Under the pieces are notes generated by a model that worked only from the letters and a program-made list of their open reading frames with translations, was not told where the DNA came from and made no database searches. Shown here in pieces: positions 7,000 through 16,834 of a stretch of DNA of 64,000 bases. Positions within the stretch are counted from its first letter, which is position 1; every line of letters starts with the position of its first letter. Source of the DNA: Gammaproteobacteria bacterium. GTDB taxonomy: Bacteria > Pseudomonadota > Gammaproteobacteria > UBA4575. The stretch is from positions 64,001-128,000 of the forward strand of contig CBDCTA010000004.1 of NCBI GenBank assembly GCA_965221955.1. The letters run 5' to 3'. The position numbers and the translations under genes are program-made.

Positions 7000-8361
7000 T
7001 TAAAAATCGCCTGTTGCAGCACCTTCCATGATGTATTGAATATTTTCCCTTATTACTTTTGCATGCTCGCGTATATCTTTTGATAAATGACTGTTAGGGT
7101 TTTGTGCATAATCCAACCAACTGACATCCCAATCTAACGTCATTACCCATAACTTGCCTTCAGCATCTTCCATTAATGCAATTTTACAAGGCAAGAAAAC
7201 AATGAACTCTGGAACTTCATCCAGAATTTTGCGTGCCATTCTTGCATCACAAAAACGAAACATCTCAACTTTTGCTGAAGGTTGTTCAGTTTCAGCTTCG
7301 ATTTGCTTCCATAATGGGCTTGAACCCACAAATTTAAAATTTACTTCATTAGCACGTAGTTTCATGGCTTCTACGGCATCATCCCAGGAAACGCCCTCTT
7401 CTACTGGAATCTTTTCTGCCATCATGCTCACCATATTGCGCATGGATAACGGACTCATCGCCATCGCTGTTTGAAATGCATGCTGTTTTGCTTCGCGTGA
7501 AACGCTTGGAGAGACGGTATTTTTAGGCCAGTTTTCGTAGGTTTGTGTTGGAAGACCTGGAATCGTGATGACGGGGAGTTGCTCGGGTGTTTCCCCATTT
7601 TTATATGCTTCACTAGGTTGCCCAAACATTCCGAACATCATTTCTGGATCCATTGATTTCATCATGGCATTCATGTTTTGCGTTTGTGTCATGATGTTGA
7701 CCGGATGATTCATCATGGTCATAGGATTCATATAGATGTTTGGGTTCATCATGGTTCCCATCATGCTCATCATCATGGGTGTCATCATCACCATTGGGTT
7801 CATATACATCCCAGGATTCATCATGTTTGGATTCATCATTGGAGTCCCCATATTAGGATGCATAGTTTGCATCCAATTGGTGGCTACAGTTGTAGAATTT
7901 GATGGTGTAGCTTCGCTTGAATTACTTGCTTGGGAATTGTTTGTTTGGGTGGCTACTTCAGCATTTGAATCGATTTTTGCAATTTCTATTTCTGTATCGT
8001 CAGCTTCTTCGTCTAAATCTGATTCAGATACGCCAGTTTCATCATTAATTTCTATTGTTTGATTTGTTGTTACTTCTAAAGCGATTTCTTCCCCATCAAG
8101 TTTTTCAGTGGATGCTTCTTCTATTGCCTCATCTGAAGGTTCTAGAGCACTCTTTTCTTGTGGCTCGATTACTGCCTTATTAGTATCTAATTCTGCAAGT
8201 TGTACATTGGTAGTGGGCTGCTTTGTATCTTCTATAAGTTCAATATCCTCAACCTCAGGATGAATAAAGCTTGTCATTTTTGAATACACAGTCTGGTAAT
8301 TAGTAGCTAACAACCATCCAAGTAGACCAAATACAAATATAAATACGGTTTTCATTTTCAT
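7000..8361 (-). CDS. Met-rich protein 1: anchor/signal + acidic linker + Met-rich repeats + DUF302 domain
   Basis: C-terminal SWDDAVEAMKLRAN...MFRFCDARMARKIL...VFLPCKIALMED...GKLWV resembles DUF302. Confidence 0.8.
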   Translation of the reverse strand: MKMKTVFIFVFGLLGWLLATNYQTVYSKMTSFIHPEVEDIELIEDTKQPTTNVQLAELDTNKAVIEPQEKSALEPSDEAIEEASTEKLDGEEIALEVTTNQTIEINDETGVSESDLDEEADDTEIEIAKIDSNAEVATQTNNSQASNSSEATPSNSTTVATNWMQTMHPNMGTPMMNPNMMNPGMYMNPMVMMTPMMMSMMGTMMNPNIYMNPMTMMNHPVNIMTQTQNMNAMMKSMDPEMMFGMFGQPSEAYKNGETPEQLPVITIPGLPTQTYENWPKNTVSPSVSREAKQHAFQTAMAMSPLSMRNMVSMMAEKIPVEEGVSWDDAVEAMKLRANEVNFKFVGSSPLWKQIEAETEQPSAKVEMFRFCDARMARKILDEVPEFIVFLPCKIALMEDAEGKLWVMTLDWDVSWLDYAQNPNSHLSKDIREHAKVIRENIQYIMEGAATGDF

Positions 8362-8744
8362 ATTAGTTAGTGAGTACTTCTGATATAAATTTTATGTTTT
8401 ATACAAGCGCAAGTTTAGCGCGTGACTTTATATTAATATATTAATATATTCTAATTTTTTTTATTTATATGTTTATGATTTTGTTAATATCTCTTTTTAT
8501 TCAATAAGTTATTTACTGTATTTTAAGTAAATTATAGTCAAATAATATTGATATTGTTTAAAAATCACACACATTAAGCTTAATTATTCTTATCGTGAAA
8601 CTATTTTATTTTATAAAAACTACCAAAACAGAGGCTTGGTATGAATATGTCTGAATGGCACAATGTATCCATAAAATATGAGTGATAGCCCTTTACCCCT
8701 ACTCATAAAAATAAGTGTCTTAAATTAATCACGGTTGATCTTTA

Positions 8745-9266
8745 ATGAAATTGATTTCTGTTCTTTTTTTGCTAGCAATTGGATTTGCCATAGCTTTTGC
8801 TTCTTCAAAAACGCTCGAGTCTACTAATCAAACTGAGTTTTGTACTTCATGTCACTCTATGCAGTGGGTCAAACAAGAATGGATGGAGAGTATTCACTAT
8901 TCAAATATTTCAGGGGTAAGAGCTAATTGTTCGGACTGTCATGTGCCACATGATACTGGACCTAAATTGGTTGCAAAGTTACGAGCAGCAAAGGACGTTT
9001 GGCATGAAATTCTTGGCACTATTGATACTGAAGAAAAATTTGAACACCATCGTTGGCAAATGGCTAACGCTGTATGGGATAGAATGAAGGCAACAGACTC
9101 CCGAGAATGCAAATCATGTCATACGGTTGCCGCGATGGATCTTAAAGAACAAGATCGTTCAGCGCGCAAAAAGCATAAAAAGATTGCTAAAGGAGATAGC
9201 GAGAAAACTTGTATCGATTGCCACAAAGGTGTTGCTCATGAAGCACCTAGTGAACCAGAGGAATAA
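8745..9266 (+). CDS. NapC/NirT family tetraheme cytochrome c
   Basis: N-terminal TM helix and four CXXCH motifs (CTSCH, CSDCH, CKSCH, CIDCH) with SGVRA and HKGVAH. Confidence 0.9.
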   Translation: MKLISVLFLLAIGFAIAFASSKTLESTNQTEFCTSCHSMQWVKQEWMESIHYSNISGVRANCSDCHVPHDTGPKLVAKLRAAKDVWHEILGTIDTEEKFEHHRWQMANAVWDRMKATDSRECKSCHTVAAMDLKEQDRSARKKHKKIAKGDSEKTCIDCHKGVAHEAPSEPEE

Positions 9267-9427
9267 GCAAAACCTGTAAATGATGATATAAATCAGCAAA
9301 TTTCTATATAAAAGCCCTAAATACTGGCAATTCAATGTGCTAAAGTTTCGAAAAGTTATGAACCTTTGTTTATGGCTTACTACTAATTAATAACAACCAT
9401 ATGGATCCAGGAATTAGGAGGAGTTCT

Positions 9428-10087
9428 ATGTTTAATCATCGCATCCTCGCGACTCTAATTACGCTTGTATTTGGAGTATGTTTTGTTTCACCCGCAGCAG
9501 CAGAAGGTGCCAGTGCTGAAATGCTGTCTAACACATGCCTTGGTTGCCATGGTCCTGGCGGAATTAGTAAAGGCCCAGCAACACCTACCATTTCAGGAAT
9601 GTCAGAGCTTTATATTATCGCTGCGATGTTAGCCTATAAATATGATAACGATGAAGACAAAATCGATGAGATTATTGAATCAGATCCTGATTTAGAGGAT
9701 GTTGAATATTTTGCAAGAACCTCAACCGTGATGAATCGTATCGCGAAAGGTTATTCCGAAGAAGAAATTAAAATTATTTCTAAACACTTTGCTGAGCTAC
9801 CTTTTGAGAGTGCTGCGCAAAGTGCAAATGCTGATCAAGCCAAGTCTGGTGCAAAGTTACACGAAGCACATTGTGAAAAATGTCATGAAGATGGAGGCAG
9901 TTCCGCAGAAGATGACGCGGGTGTGCTAGCTGGACAATGGGCTCCTTACCTTGAATACACCATGGCAGATTTTGCAAGTGGTGATCGGAAAATGCCTAAG
10001 AAAATGAAGAAACAGATGGAAGAAGCACATGCAGCAAATGAAGAAGCTATAAGAGATCTGATTCAGTTTTACATAAACCAAAAGTAA
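9428..10087 (+). CDS. fccA: Flavocytochrome c sulfide dehydrogenase, diheme cytochrome subunit
   Basis: AGGAGG RBS before ATG 9428; CLGCH and CEKCH; LAGQWAPYL; directly upstream of fccB. Confidence 0.88.
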   Translation: MFNHRILATLITLVFGVCFVSPAAAEGASAEMLSNTCLGCHGPGGISKGPATPTISGMSELYIIAAMLAYKYDNDEDKIDEIIESDPDLEDVEYFARTSTVMNRIAKGYSEEEIKIISKHFAELPFESAAQSANADQAKSGAKLHEAHCEKCHEDGGSSAEDDAGVLAGQWAPYLEYTMADFASGDRKMPKKMKKQMEEAHAANEEAIRDLIQFYINQK

Positions 10088-10114
10088 CTATTGATTAGCT
10101 TAGGAGTTTAAAAA

Positions 10115-11392
10115 ATGACAAATATAAATCGAAGAAGTTTTTTAAAAGCCACTGGCGGTGCATTAGCTACTGGTGGTTTAGGTGTTCCATTTCTAGCCCA
10201 TGCAGCAAAGAAACGTGTTGTCGTTGTAGGTGGTGGAGTTGGCGGTTTAATTGCTGCTAAATATATTGCAAAAGGTGACTCATCAATAGAAGTTACGATT
10301 GTTGAGCCTAAAGCACATCACCACACGTGTTTTATGAGTAATGAAGTTATTGGTGGAGATCGTGATATTTCTACCATTAAATTTGGCTATGACAATCTTG
10401 CGAATCACGGCATCAAGCTGGTTCAAGACAAAGTCACTATGGTTGATGCGGAAGCACATAAAGTGAAGACTGCAGGTGGTACAACTTTAGAGTATGACCG
10501 TTGCGTAGTTTCTCCAGGAATTGCACTAAAGTTTGGTGCAATTGAAGGATATAGCGAAGAAGCTGCAGAAATAATGCCGCACTCTTGGATTGCAGGACAG
10601 CAAACTGCCCTACTTCGTAGCCAGCTTGAATCAATGGAAGATGGTGGCCTAGTCGTTATCGCGCCTCCTCAAAACCCTTTCCGTTGCCCTCCTGGTCCAT
10701 ATGAGCGTGCGGCACAAATTGCACATCATCTAAAACACAACAAACCTAAATCTAAACTTTTAATTTTAGATGCTAAAGATAAGTTTTCTAAGCAAGGCTT
10801 GTTCATGCAAGGTTATAAAGATGTGTATGGTGAAATGATTGAATGGGTTGCAGGTGCTGATACGGGTGGTGGTGTTAAGTCAGTAGATACTAAAGCCATG
10901 ACCGTGAGTACAGACTTTGATGACCATAAAGTGGCAGTCGCTAATATCATACCTCCACAACAGGCAGCACAAGTCGCACATGATTCAGATTTAGTGGACG
11001 ATTCTGGTTGGTGCCCGGTTGATCTAGGCACATTTGAATCAAAGAAACATAAAGATGTACATGTAATTGGTGATGCAAGCATCGCGAAAGGTATGCCGAA
11101 GTCTGGCTATGCAGCGAGTACTCAAGCAAAAGTATGCGCAGCAGCGGTTGTTAGCATGTTGCAAGGTAAAGATGCACCGGTAACATCATACGCTAATGCA
11201 TGTTATAGCTTAATTGCACCGGATTATGGTATTTCAGTCGTAGCGGTTTATGCCCTTGCAGAAGATCGTTCTGAAATCAAAAAACTTGGTGGTGGTTTAA
11301 CTCCCATGGATGCAACTGCTGAAGCGCGCGCACGTGAAGTGGAATATGCATATAGTTGGTTTAATAATATGACAGCAGAAATGTTTGGCTAA
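10115..11392 (+). CDS. fccB: Flavocytochrome c sulfide dehydrogenase, flavoprotein subunit
   Basis: Tat signal [41 protein letters not shown]. Confidence 0.93.
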   Translation: MTNINRRSFLKATGGALATGGLGVPFLAHAAKKRVVVVGGGVGGLIAAKYIAKGDSSIEVTIVEPKAHHHTCFMSNEVIGGDRDISTIKFGYDNLANHGIKLVQDKVTMVDAEAHKVKTAGGTTLEYDRCVVSPGIALKFGAIEGYSEEAAEIMPHSWIAGQQTALLRSQLESMEDGGLVVIAPPQNPFRCPPGPYERAAQIAHHLKHNKPKSKLLILDAKDKFSKQGLFMQGYKDVYGEMIEWVAGADTGGGVKSVDTKAMTVSTDFDDHKVAVANIIPPQQAAQVAHDSDLVDDSGWCPVDLGTFESKKHKDVHVIGDASIAKGMPKSGYAASTQAKVCAAAVVSMLQGKDAPVTSYANACYSLIAPDYGISVVAVYALAEDRSEIKKLGGGLTPMDATAEARAREVEYAYSWFNNMTAEMFG

Positions 11393-11417
11393 AACTAACT
11401 AATTTGGCGAAATGATT

Positions 11418-11445
11418 AAAAAGGCTACCTTGTGTAGCCTTTTTT
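11418..11445 (+). terminator. Intrinsic terminator after fccB
   Basis: aaaaaGGCTAC-cttgt-GTAGCCtttttt. Confidence 0.85.
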
Positions 11446-11465
11446 ATTTCTTATAACCATATGAT

Positions 11466-11726
11466 ATGAATAGAAACTTAACGGATCTAAAAAATATTGG
11501 CGAAAAACTCGCTAAACGTTTACATGAGGTTGGTATTCGATCTGAAGCAGACTTACGAAAGGCAGGCTCAGCAAAAGCACATAAAATGATTAAGGCAAAA
11601 TATCCTAATGAAACACTTGCTGTTTGCTACTACTTATATTCTTTCGAAGGCGCTCTCGCAAATAAGCATTGGGATAAATTAAGCAAAAAAAGGAAGCAAG
11701 AATTGCGTAACGAAATTGAAAACTAA
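11466..11726 (+). CDS. TfoX/Sxy C-terminal domain protein
   Basis: LTDLKNIGEKL...VGI...LYSFEGAL...HW pattern. Confidence 0.85.
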   Translation: MNRNLTDLKNIGEKLAKRLHEVGIRSEADLRKAGSAKAHKMIKAKYPNETLAVCYYLYSFEGALANKHWDKLSKKRKQELRNEIEN

Positions 11727-11732
11727 TACTCG

Positions 11733-12299
11733 TTAAAGATTTATCTTAACTGTAAATGCACCCCGTATATCACCTGCTTGAAACCCGGTTGCTTGGTCTT
11801 CAGGATAAAGGTCATTAATTTTTTCAGCAATGACAGGAGCTAACTTTTTTCCATGGCACAACAAACAAGGTTCTTGCATGGGTATCGCTTTCATATAGCG
11901 AAAGATTTTTTCCCCATCTTCCTTTACAACTTCACTTATTTCTAGAGTTTTAATATCTACATTTAAATTTTTCTGAGATTCAAACCAGTGTAACTGTTTT
12001 GTTTCCCATGCATCCGCTTGATTAGTAGGATTGCGAAGTTTTAAAGATGTGCGCCCTACTTTGAGATTATTTTTAACAGAGATTTTTTTGCTGATTTCTA
12101 CAGCTTCAAGATTACAAATTGTAATTGCTGCTTCAGGTCCCTCTGATTGTATTGTGCTGACGAGTTTGTTTTTTAACTGTTTGCCTAGTTGTTTACTCGC
12201 GCTTTGACTTAAAGCCAATTCTTGTTCGGTATTAGGAGTACACGCAATATTTGTTAACGCAAATAAAGCGGCTATTAAAATAAAAACGAACTTGTTCAA
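11733..12299 (-). CDS. DUF3365/Tll0287-like heme-c protein, probable lipoprotein
   Basis: RTSLKLRNP.N, FRYMKAI, CLLCH, YPEDQATGF..GDIRGAF. Confidence 0.85.
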   Translation of the reverse strand: MNKFVFILIAALFALTNIACTPNTEQELALSQSASKQLGKQLKNKLVSTIQSEGPEAAITICNLEAVEISKKISVKNNLKVGRTSLKLRNPTNQADAWETKQLHWFESQKNLNVDIKTLEISEVVKEDGEKIFRYMKAIPMQEPCLLCHGKKLAPVIAEKINDLYPEDQATGFQAGDIRGAFTVKINL

Positions 12300-12309
12300 A
12301 CTGAAGTGT

Positions 12310-12915
12310 TTAAATAAACAAGCAGATATCAGATTTTTGTGCAGCAGGTAAAAAGGATGCTGCCCCTACCCAATCACTCACATCATCAATAAATTGATCT
12401 TTCTCGTAACCAAATAAGTCTACTGTCATTTGGCATGCAACCAATTTCACTTCAGCTTCTACTGCAAGCTCACGTAGTTCTTCGACACTTGCTACACCTT
12501 TGTTTTTGAGTGTTTTAGACATCATAGTCGTTGCAAACTTTTCAAAACCAGGAATGTTACTGCTGAGTGCATTAGGAATATTCCATTCGATACTCTTAAA
12601 CCATTCTGGTCCAAATGGCATTTTCATAGGCATCGCGGGGTTACCTAAAGGTGAGATTTCTAAATCTAAATCTTTTTTTAATAAATTTAAGCCATAAAAT
12701 GTAAAGAAACAGGATACTTCCCAACCTAATGCTGCAGCGGTAGATGCAAGAATAAAAGGTGGATAAGCCATATCCATAGTGCCTTTCGTGGCAATTAAAG
12801 ATAGTTGAGGGATACGAGATTCTTCACGTTCTTGTAATTTTTGTTCTAGTCTTTCATCAAACCATTGATCTAACATTTCAGGAGTTAGATTTTGAGTATC
12901 AAGTGAATTCGCCAT
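12310..12915 (-). CDS. dsrE2: DsrE2-like sulfur-trafficking protein (DsrE/DsrF/DrsH family)
   Basis: KGTMDMAYPPFILASTAAALG...FFTFYGL...ACQMTVDLF. Confidence 0.85.
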   Translation of the reverse strand: MANSLDTQNLTPEMLDQWFDERLEQKLQEREESRIPQLSLIATKGTMDMAYPPFILASTAAALGWEVSCFFTFYGLNLLKKDLDLEISPLGNPAMPMKMPFGPEWFKSIEWNIPNALSSNIPGFEKFATTMMSKTLKNKGVASVEELRELAVEAEVKLVACQMTVDLFGYEKDQFIDDVSDWVGAASFLPAAQKSDICLFI

Positions 12916-13357
12916 GATGTGCTCCTGTAAACAACTTTTTTAAAGCTGACCTATATTACTATCTACTTATTTACTGATACTGTAGCAAATGTGCGCAATA
13001 AGAATGTACATCCAATGCGGGTAGTCTACTATGAGTAGCTTTCTTCATTTAGATATTTAAATTTTCATTAATTATTAACAGGTTAAGATAGTTATTTAAT
13101 CTAATTTCACTCGGATGATAAATAAATAATTTTTCTTAATTTATGACCTGAAAAATGAACGAGTACGTGCTTCATTTTGGTATCGCTAAAATTGGTTTTT
13201 TGTAAGAAATTAAACGACCAAATATAAGCTATTTACTACCCCTCATCAGAGCATTAGTATCTCAAGCTTGTATAAAACTCTATGTTTAATGAGTGAGTTA
13301 GAGTCGAGGATGTCTATTGAAATGAACTGTTACAAGCATAGCTTGAAGTCAGAGTTA

Positions 13358-13433
13358 TGGCGTCCCCAGGGGGATTCGAACCCCCGTTGCCGCCGTGAAA
13401 GGGCGATGTCCTAGGCCTCTAGACGATGGGGAC
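13358..13433 (-). tRNA. tRNA-Glu (TTC)
   Basis: 76-nt cloverleaf on the minus strand, anticodon loop CTTTCAC, GTTCGAA T-loop, encoded CCA. Confidence 0.97.
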
Positions 13434-13607
13434 GGGATCAGACGACATAACTCTATTTTGATGAAATCTTCGTCATCAGAGCCGGCGCAAGTTACGCTAA
13501 CCTAGGTTTTGATGTCAAGTATATTTGCAGATTACTTACCAAGTCGTTTTGATGAACTTAAATATTTACATTCAGACTAATAGCGGATCATGAGCACCTA
13601 ATAGAGT

Positions 13608-14501
13608 ATGGATGCTGCAACACTGACAAATCTTTGGCCAAAGATTGAAATGAAGCTGCCTCGTTGGGTAAGCATTGCTTTGGTTGTATTGATTTTGATT
13701 ACTCTGGCTAAATTAGTTTGGGGATTTTTCGATAGTGGCTCTAATCAAGTGATTGCACCACCTGTTACTACACCTACAAATGTTAAACCGCAACCACGCG
13801 CTAACCATGATCGCAAGATTGCTCAATTGCACTTAATGGGTAAGCCAGCCCCTGTCGCTTCATCTTCGAAAAAAGTTGAAGATGCTCCCGATACAACATT
13901 GAACCTAAAGCTTTTAGGGGTGTTGGCGGGCGATAAAGATTACGGCTACGCCATTATTTCTAGTGGTGCGAATAAAATTAAGCACTATGGACTTGGGGAT
14001 GATATCCCTGGAGGTGCCGTATTACATGCGGTGTATTCGGATCGAGTTATCCTTGAACGTGATATCAGGATGGAAACGTTACGTTTACCTAGAGCCAATG
14101 CAAAAGGCTTCAATCAAAAGAAGTTCTCAAATACTAAGCCAAAAACTGCAACCCAATCGAAGGCTGCTGGAAATCTTAACAATTTTGAAACGCTTGGGCA
14201 GTTTCGCCAAGAAATTATGAAAAATCCTGTTCGTTTAACAGAGTTCATCAATGCGGCACCCGAAAACAACGAAGATGGGCAGTTTTTGGGTTATAAACTT
14301 ACGCCAAGCAAGAATACAGATATGTTCTATCAGCTCGGTTTACAACCTGGAGATGTTGTGACAAACATTAATGGAGTGACATTGGATGCGCCAAATAAAG
14401 GCCCTGAAGCCATGCAGTCTTTAGCCACGGCTTCTGAAGTCACCATGATTGTGATGCGCGAAGGTACTGAAATCACCTTATTTCAGGATTTGAGTCAATA
14501 A
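13608..14501 (+). CDS. gspC: T2SS protein C (with PDZ domain)
   Basis: TM helix, APDTTLNLKLLGVL, C-terminal GLQPGDVVTNING PDZ domain. Confidence 0.92.
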   Translation: MDAATLTNLWPKIEMKLPRWVSIALVVLILITLAKLVWGFFDSGSNQVIAPPVTTPTNVKPQPRANHDRKIAQLHLMGKPAPVASSSKKVEDAPDTTLNLKLLGVLAGDKDYGYAIISSGANKIKHYGLGDDIPGGAVLHAVYSDRVILERDIRMETLRLPRANAKGFNQKKFSNTKPKTATQSKAAGNLNNFETLGQFRQEIMKNPVRLTEFINAAPENNEDGQFLGYKLTPSKNTDMFYQLGLQPGDVVTNINGVTLDAPNKGPEAMQSLATASEVTMIVMREGTEITLFQDLSQ

Positions 14502-14692
14502 TTGCTTGTGAGGGAGCAGGAAGCAAGTGAAGAAGCTTATCCATTAGTCCAGGAATAGCTAACACAGGGATAAATTTGACCAAGTAAAAATAGGATTTAG
14601 TGTATAAAAGTCAGGCAACTTCTATTCGATGTAGAAATATCCTGATAAGCTGAATGAACATATAATTTTTATTGAAAAAACTACATAACTAA

Positions 14693-16828
14693 ATGAAATA
14701 TAAGTCTAACTTTAGCCGAATTTTTAAAGCGTTGGGTGTTTATGTGGTGTTTGTTGCATTCATATGTCAGCTCGCTCTAGCCGAAACAGGTGTAACACTT
14801 AATCTGAAGGATGCGGATATTCGTTCGTTCATTGAAACGGTAGCTGACGCCACTGGCCGAAATTTTGTAGTAGATCCCCGTGTAAAAGCAAAAGTAACCG
14901 TGGTGTCCGCACGGCCAATGAACCGTGAAGAAGTGTATCAAGTATTCCTCTCTGTATTACAGGTGCATGGTTATGCTGCAGTGCAAGTTGGAGAAATTAT
15001 TAAAATTCTCCCGGATGTAAATGCGAAACAAGGGCCTGTAGTTACTGGAAGCGGTAGCGCAGATGCAATCGGTGATGAGCTGGTAACGCGTGTGGTACCA
15101 ATTAAAAATGTTCCTGCGGCGCAAATGGTACCTATACTAAGACCTTTAGTACCGCAACAAGGTCATTTAGCTGCATATCCGAATAGCAATGTTTTAGTAG
15201 TTTCGGATCGTGCTGCAAACATTCAAAGATTAATTTCAATTATTAATCGTATTGACCGTCCAGATAGTCAAGAAATTGAAATTGTACCTCTTCAACATGC
15301 ATCTGCTGCAGAAGTCGTTCGGATTATTAACTCCATGAACCGTCAAGATGCTCAAGGTCAGGTCCCAGGTGGCACAACCCTCGCAGCGGATGAACGATCA
15401 AACAGTGTCTTACTTTCTGGTGATAATGCAGCACGTCTTAGAATCCGAGGCATCATTGCCCATCTCGACACGCCTTTACAAGGTGGTGGAAATTCGCAAG
15501 TTGTGTTTTTGAAATATGCTAAAGCTGCAGAGTTGGCCCCTATTCTACTTGGTGTTTCACAATTTGAAGCGCAGGAAGGTCAGCAAGGTGGAAATGCAGC
15601 CGCCGCTGTAAATGGCTCTAATGAAGTAGATATACAAGCAGATGAAACTAATAACGCATTAATTATCACGGCAGCTCCGGCTAAGTTTGATAGTTTAAGA
15701 AGAATTATTAGTCAACTTGATGTACGTCGTGCACAAGTGTTAGTAGAAGCAGTGATAGCAGAAGTTTCAACCAACCTTGCTAAAGATTTAGGTGTTGAAT
15801 TTGCTTATGTACCCACCGATCGATCCTCTGGTACAACGCCAGCTTTTGGAACTTTACTACCGAATAGCGGAATTGATTTAACAGGTGTTCTTGGTGGTGA
15901 TGCAGCTAATGCAATAACAGCGGTTACAAGTGGTGCATTTGTTGGTGCAGCTAAACTAAGTGGCAAAGATCGATTTGCTGCTTTAATACGTGCGCTTGAA
16001 GGAGATTCTGCTACAAATATTTTATCTACCCCTCAGTTAATGACGCTAGATAATGAAGAAGCAGAGATCGTTGTAGCGCAAAATGTTCCTTTCATTACAG
16101 GTCAGTTCACTAATACAGGTTCTGGAACCGATTCTGCAGTAAACCCATTTCAAACAATTGAACGTGAAGACGTAGGTATAACACTACGTATAACACCTCA
16201 AATCAATGAAGGTGATAGCGTTAAATTGGATATAGAAACAGAGTCATCTTCTATTTCAACTTCTGCAGTAGCCAGTGATCTCATCACAAATAAACGCTCA
16301 ATTAGCACTAGTGTTTTAGCTAAGGATCAGCAAACGATTGTACTAGGTGGTTTGATTGAAGATTCGTTTAGAGACAATGTGCAAAAAGTACCGTTATTGG
16401 GCGATATTCCTTTGTTAGGTCATTTGTTTAAAGCAACATCTACAACAAATGACAAACAAAACTTAATGGTATTTATACATCCGGTAATTGTTCGCGATGC
16501 TGCGACTGGTAGCTATGCTACAAACTCTAAGTATAGTTTCTTACGTGCTAAACAAATTGAATCTGAAATAAATGACCGTGGCCTAATTAAAAATGGCGCG
16601 AGTTTATTGCCTGACTTGGATGAATTGGTAACCCAAATTCCTGGTGGTGGAACAGCATCTTCTACATCAGCTGTTTCAATAGATCAATTACTACAACAAT
16701 CACCAGGTGTTGAAACTACTGCTGCTGAAGAATTATCCGATATAGCCGTAGAAGAAATTCAAGCTGAAGATTTGCCTGCTGAAAATATTTCTATTGAAAC
16801 GGATTCAGACGTAATTATTCTGGAATAA
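14693..16828 (+). CDS. gspD: T2SS secretin D
   Basis: LNLKDADIRSFIETV, QVLVEAVIAEV, KVPLLGDIPLLG; acidic C-terminal tail. Confidence 0.96.
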   Translation: MKYKSNFSRIFKALGVYVVFVAFICQLALAETGVTLNLKDADIRSFIETVADATGRNFVVDPRVKAKVTVVSARPMNREEVYQVFLSVLQVHGYAAVQVGEIIKILPDVNAKQGPVVTGSGSADAIGDELVTRVVPIKNVPAAQMVPILRPLVPQQGHLAAYPNSNVLVVSDRAANIQRLISIINRIDRPDSQEIEIVPLQHASAAEVVRIINSMNRQDAQGQVPGGTTLAADERSNSVLLSGDNAARLRIRGIIAHLDTPLQGGGNSQVVFLKYAKAAELAPILLGVSQFEAQEGQQGGNAAAAVNGSNEVDIQADETNNALIITAAPAKFDSLRRIISQLDVRRAQVLVEAVIAEVSTNLAKDLGVEFAYVPTDRSSGTTPAFGTLLPNSGIDLTGVLGGDAANAITAVTSGAFVGAAKLSGKDRFAALIRALEGDSATNILSTPQLMTLDNEEAEIVVAQNVPFITGQFTNTGSGTDSAVNPFQTIEREDVGITLRITPQINEGDSVKLDIETESSSISTSAVASDLITNKRSISTSVLAKDQQTIVLGGLIEDSFRDNVQKVPLLGDIPLLGHLFKATSTTNDKQNLMVFIHPVIVRDAATGSYATNSKYSFLRAKQIESEINDRGLIKNGASLLPDLDELVTQIPGGGTASSTSAVSIDQLLQQSPGVETTAAEELSDIAVEEIQAEDLPAENISIETDSDVIILE

Positions 16829-16834
16829 TTCCAA

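Noticed and set aside
4803-8062. Plus-strand His-rich (HHWVHH) and Ile/Gly-rich ORFs such as 5856-6107, 6403-6747, 6395-6706 and 7678-7902
   Set aside because: Antisense shadows of ATG-rich Met repeats (CAT/ATC). The minus-strand ORFs have the RBSs, signal peptides and the synonymously conserved motif.
8655-9340. Sigma-54 promoter-like TGGCA motifs near 8656 and 9325
   Set aside because: The -24 GG / -12 GC spacing or sequence does not match the consensus.
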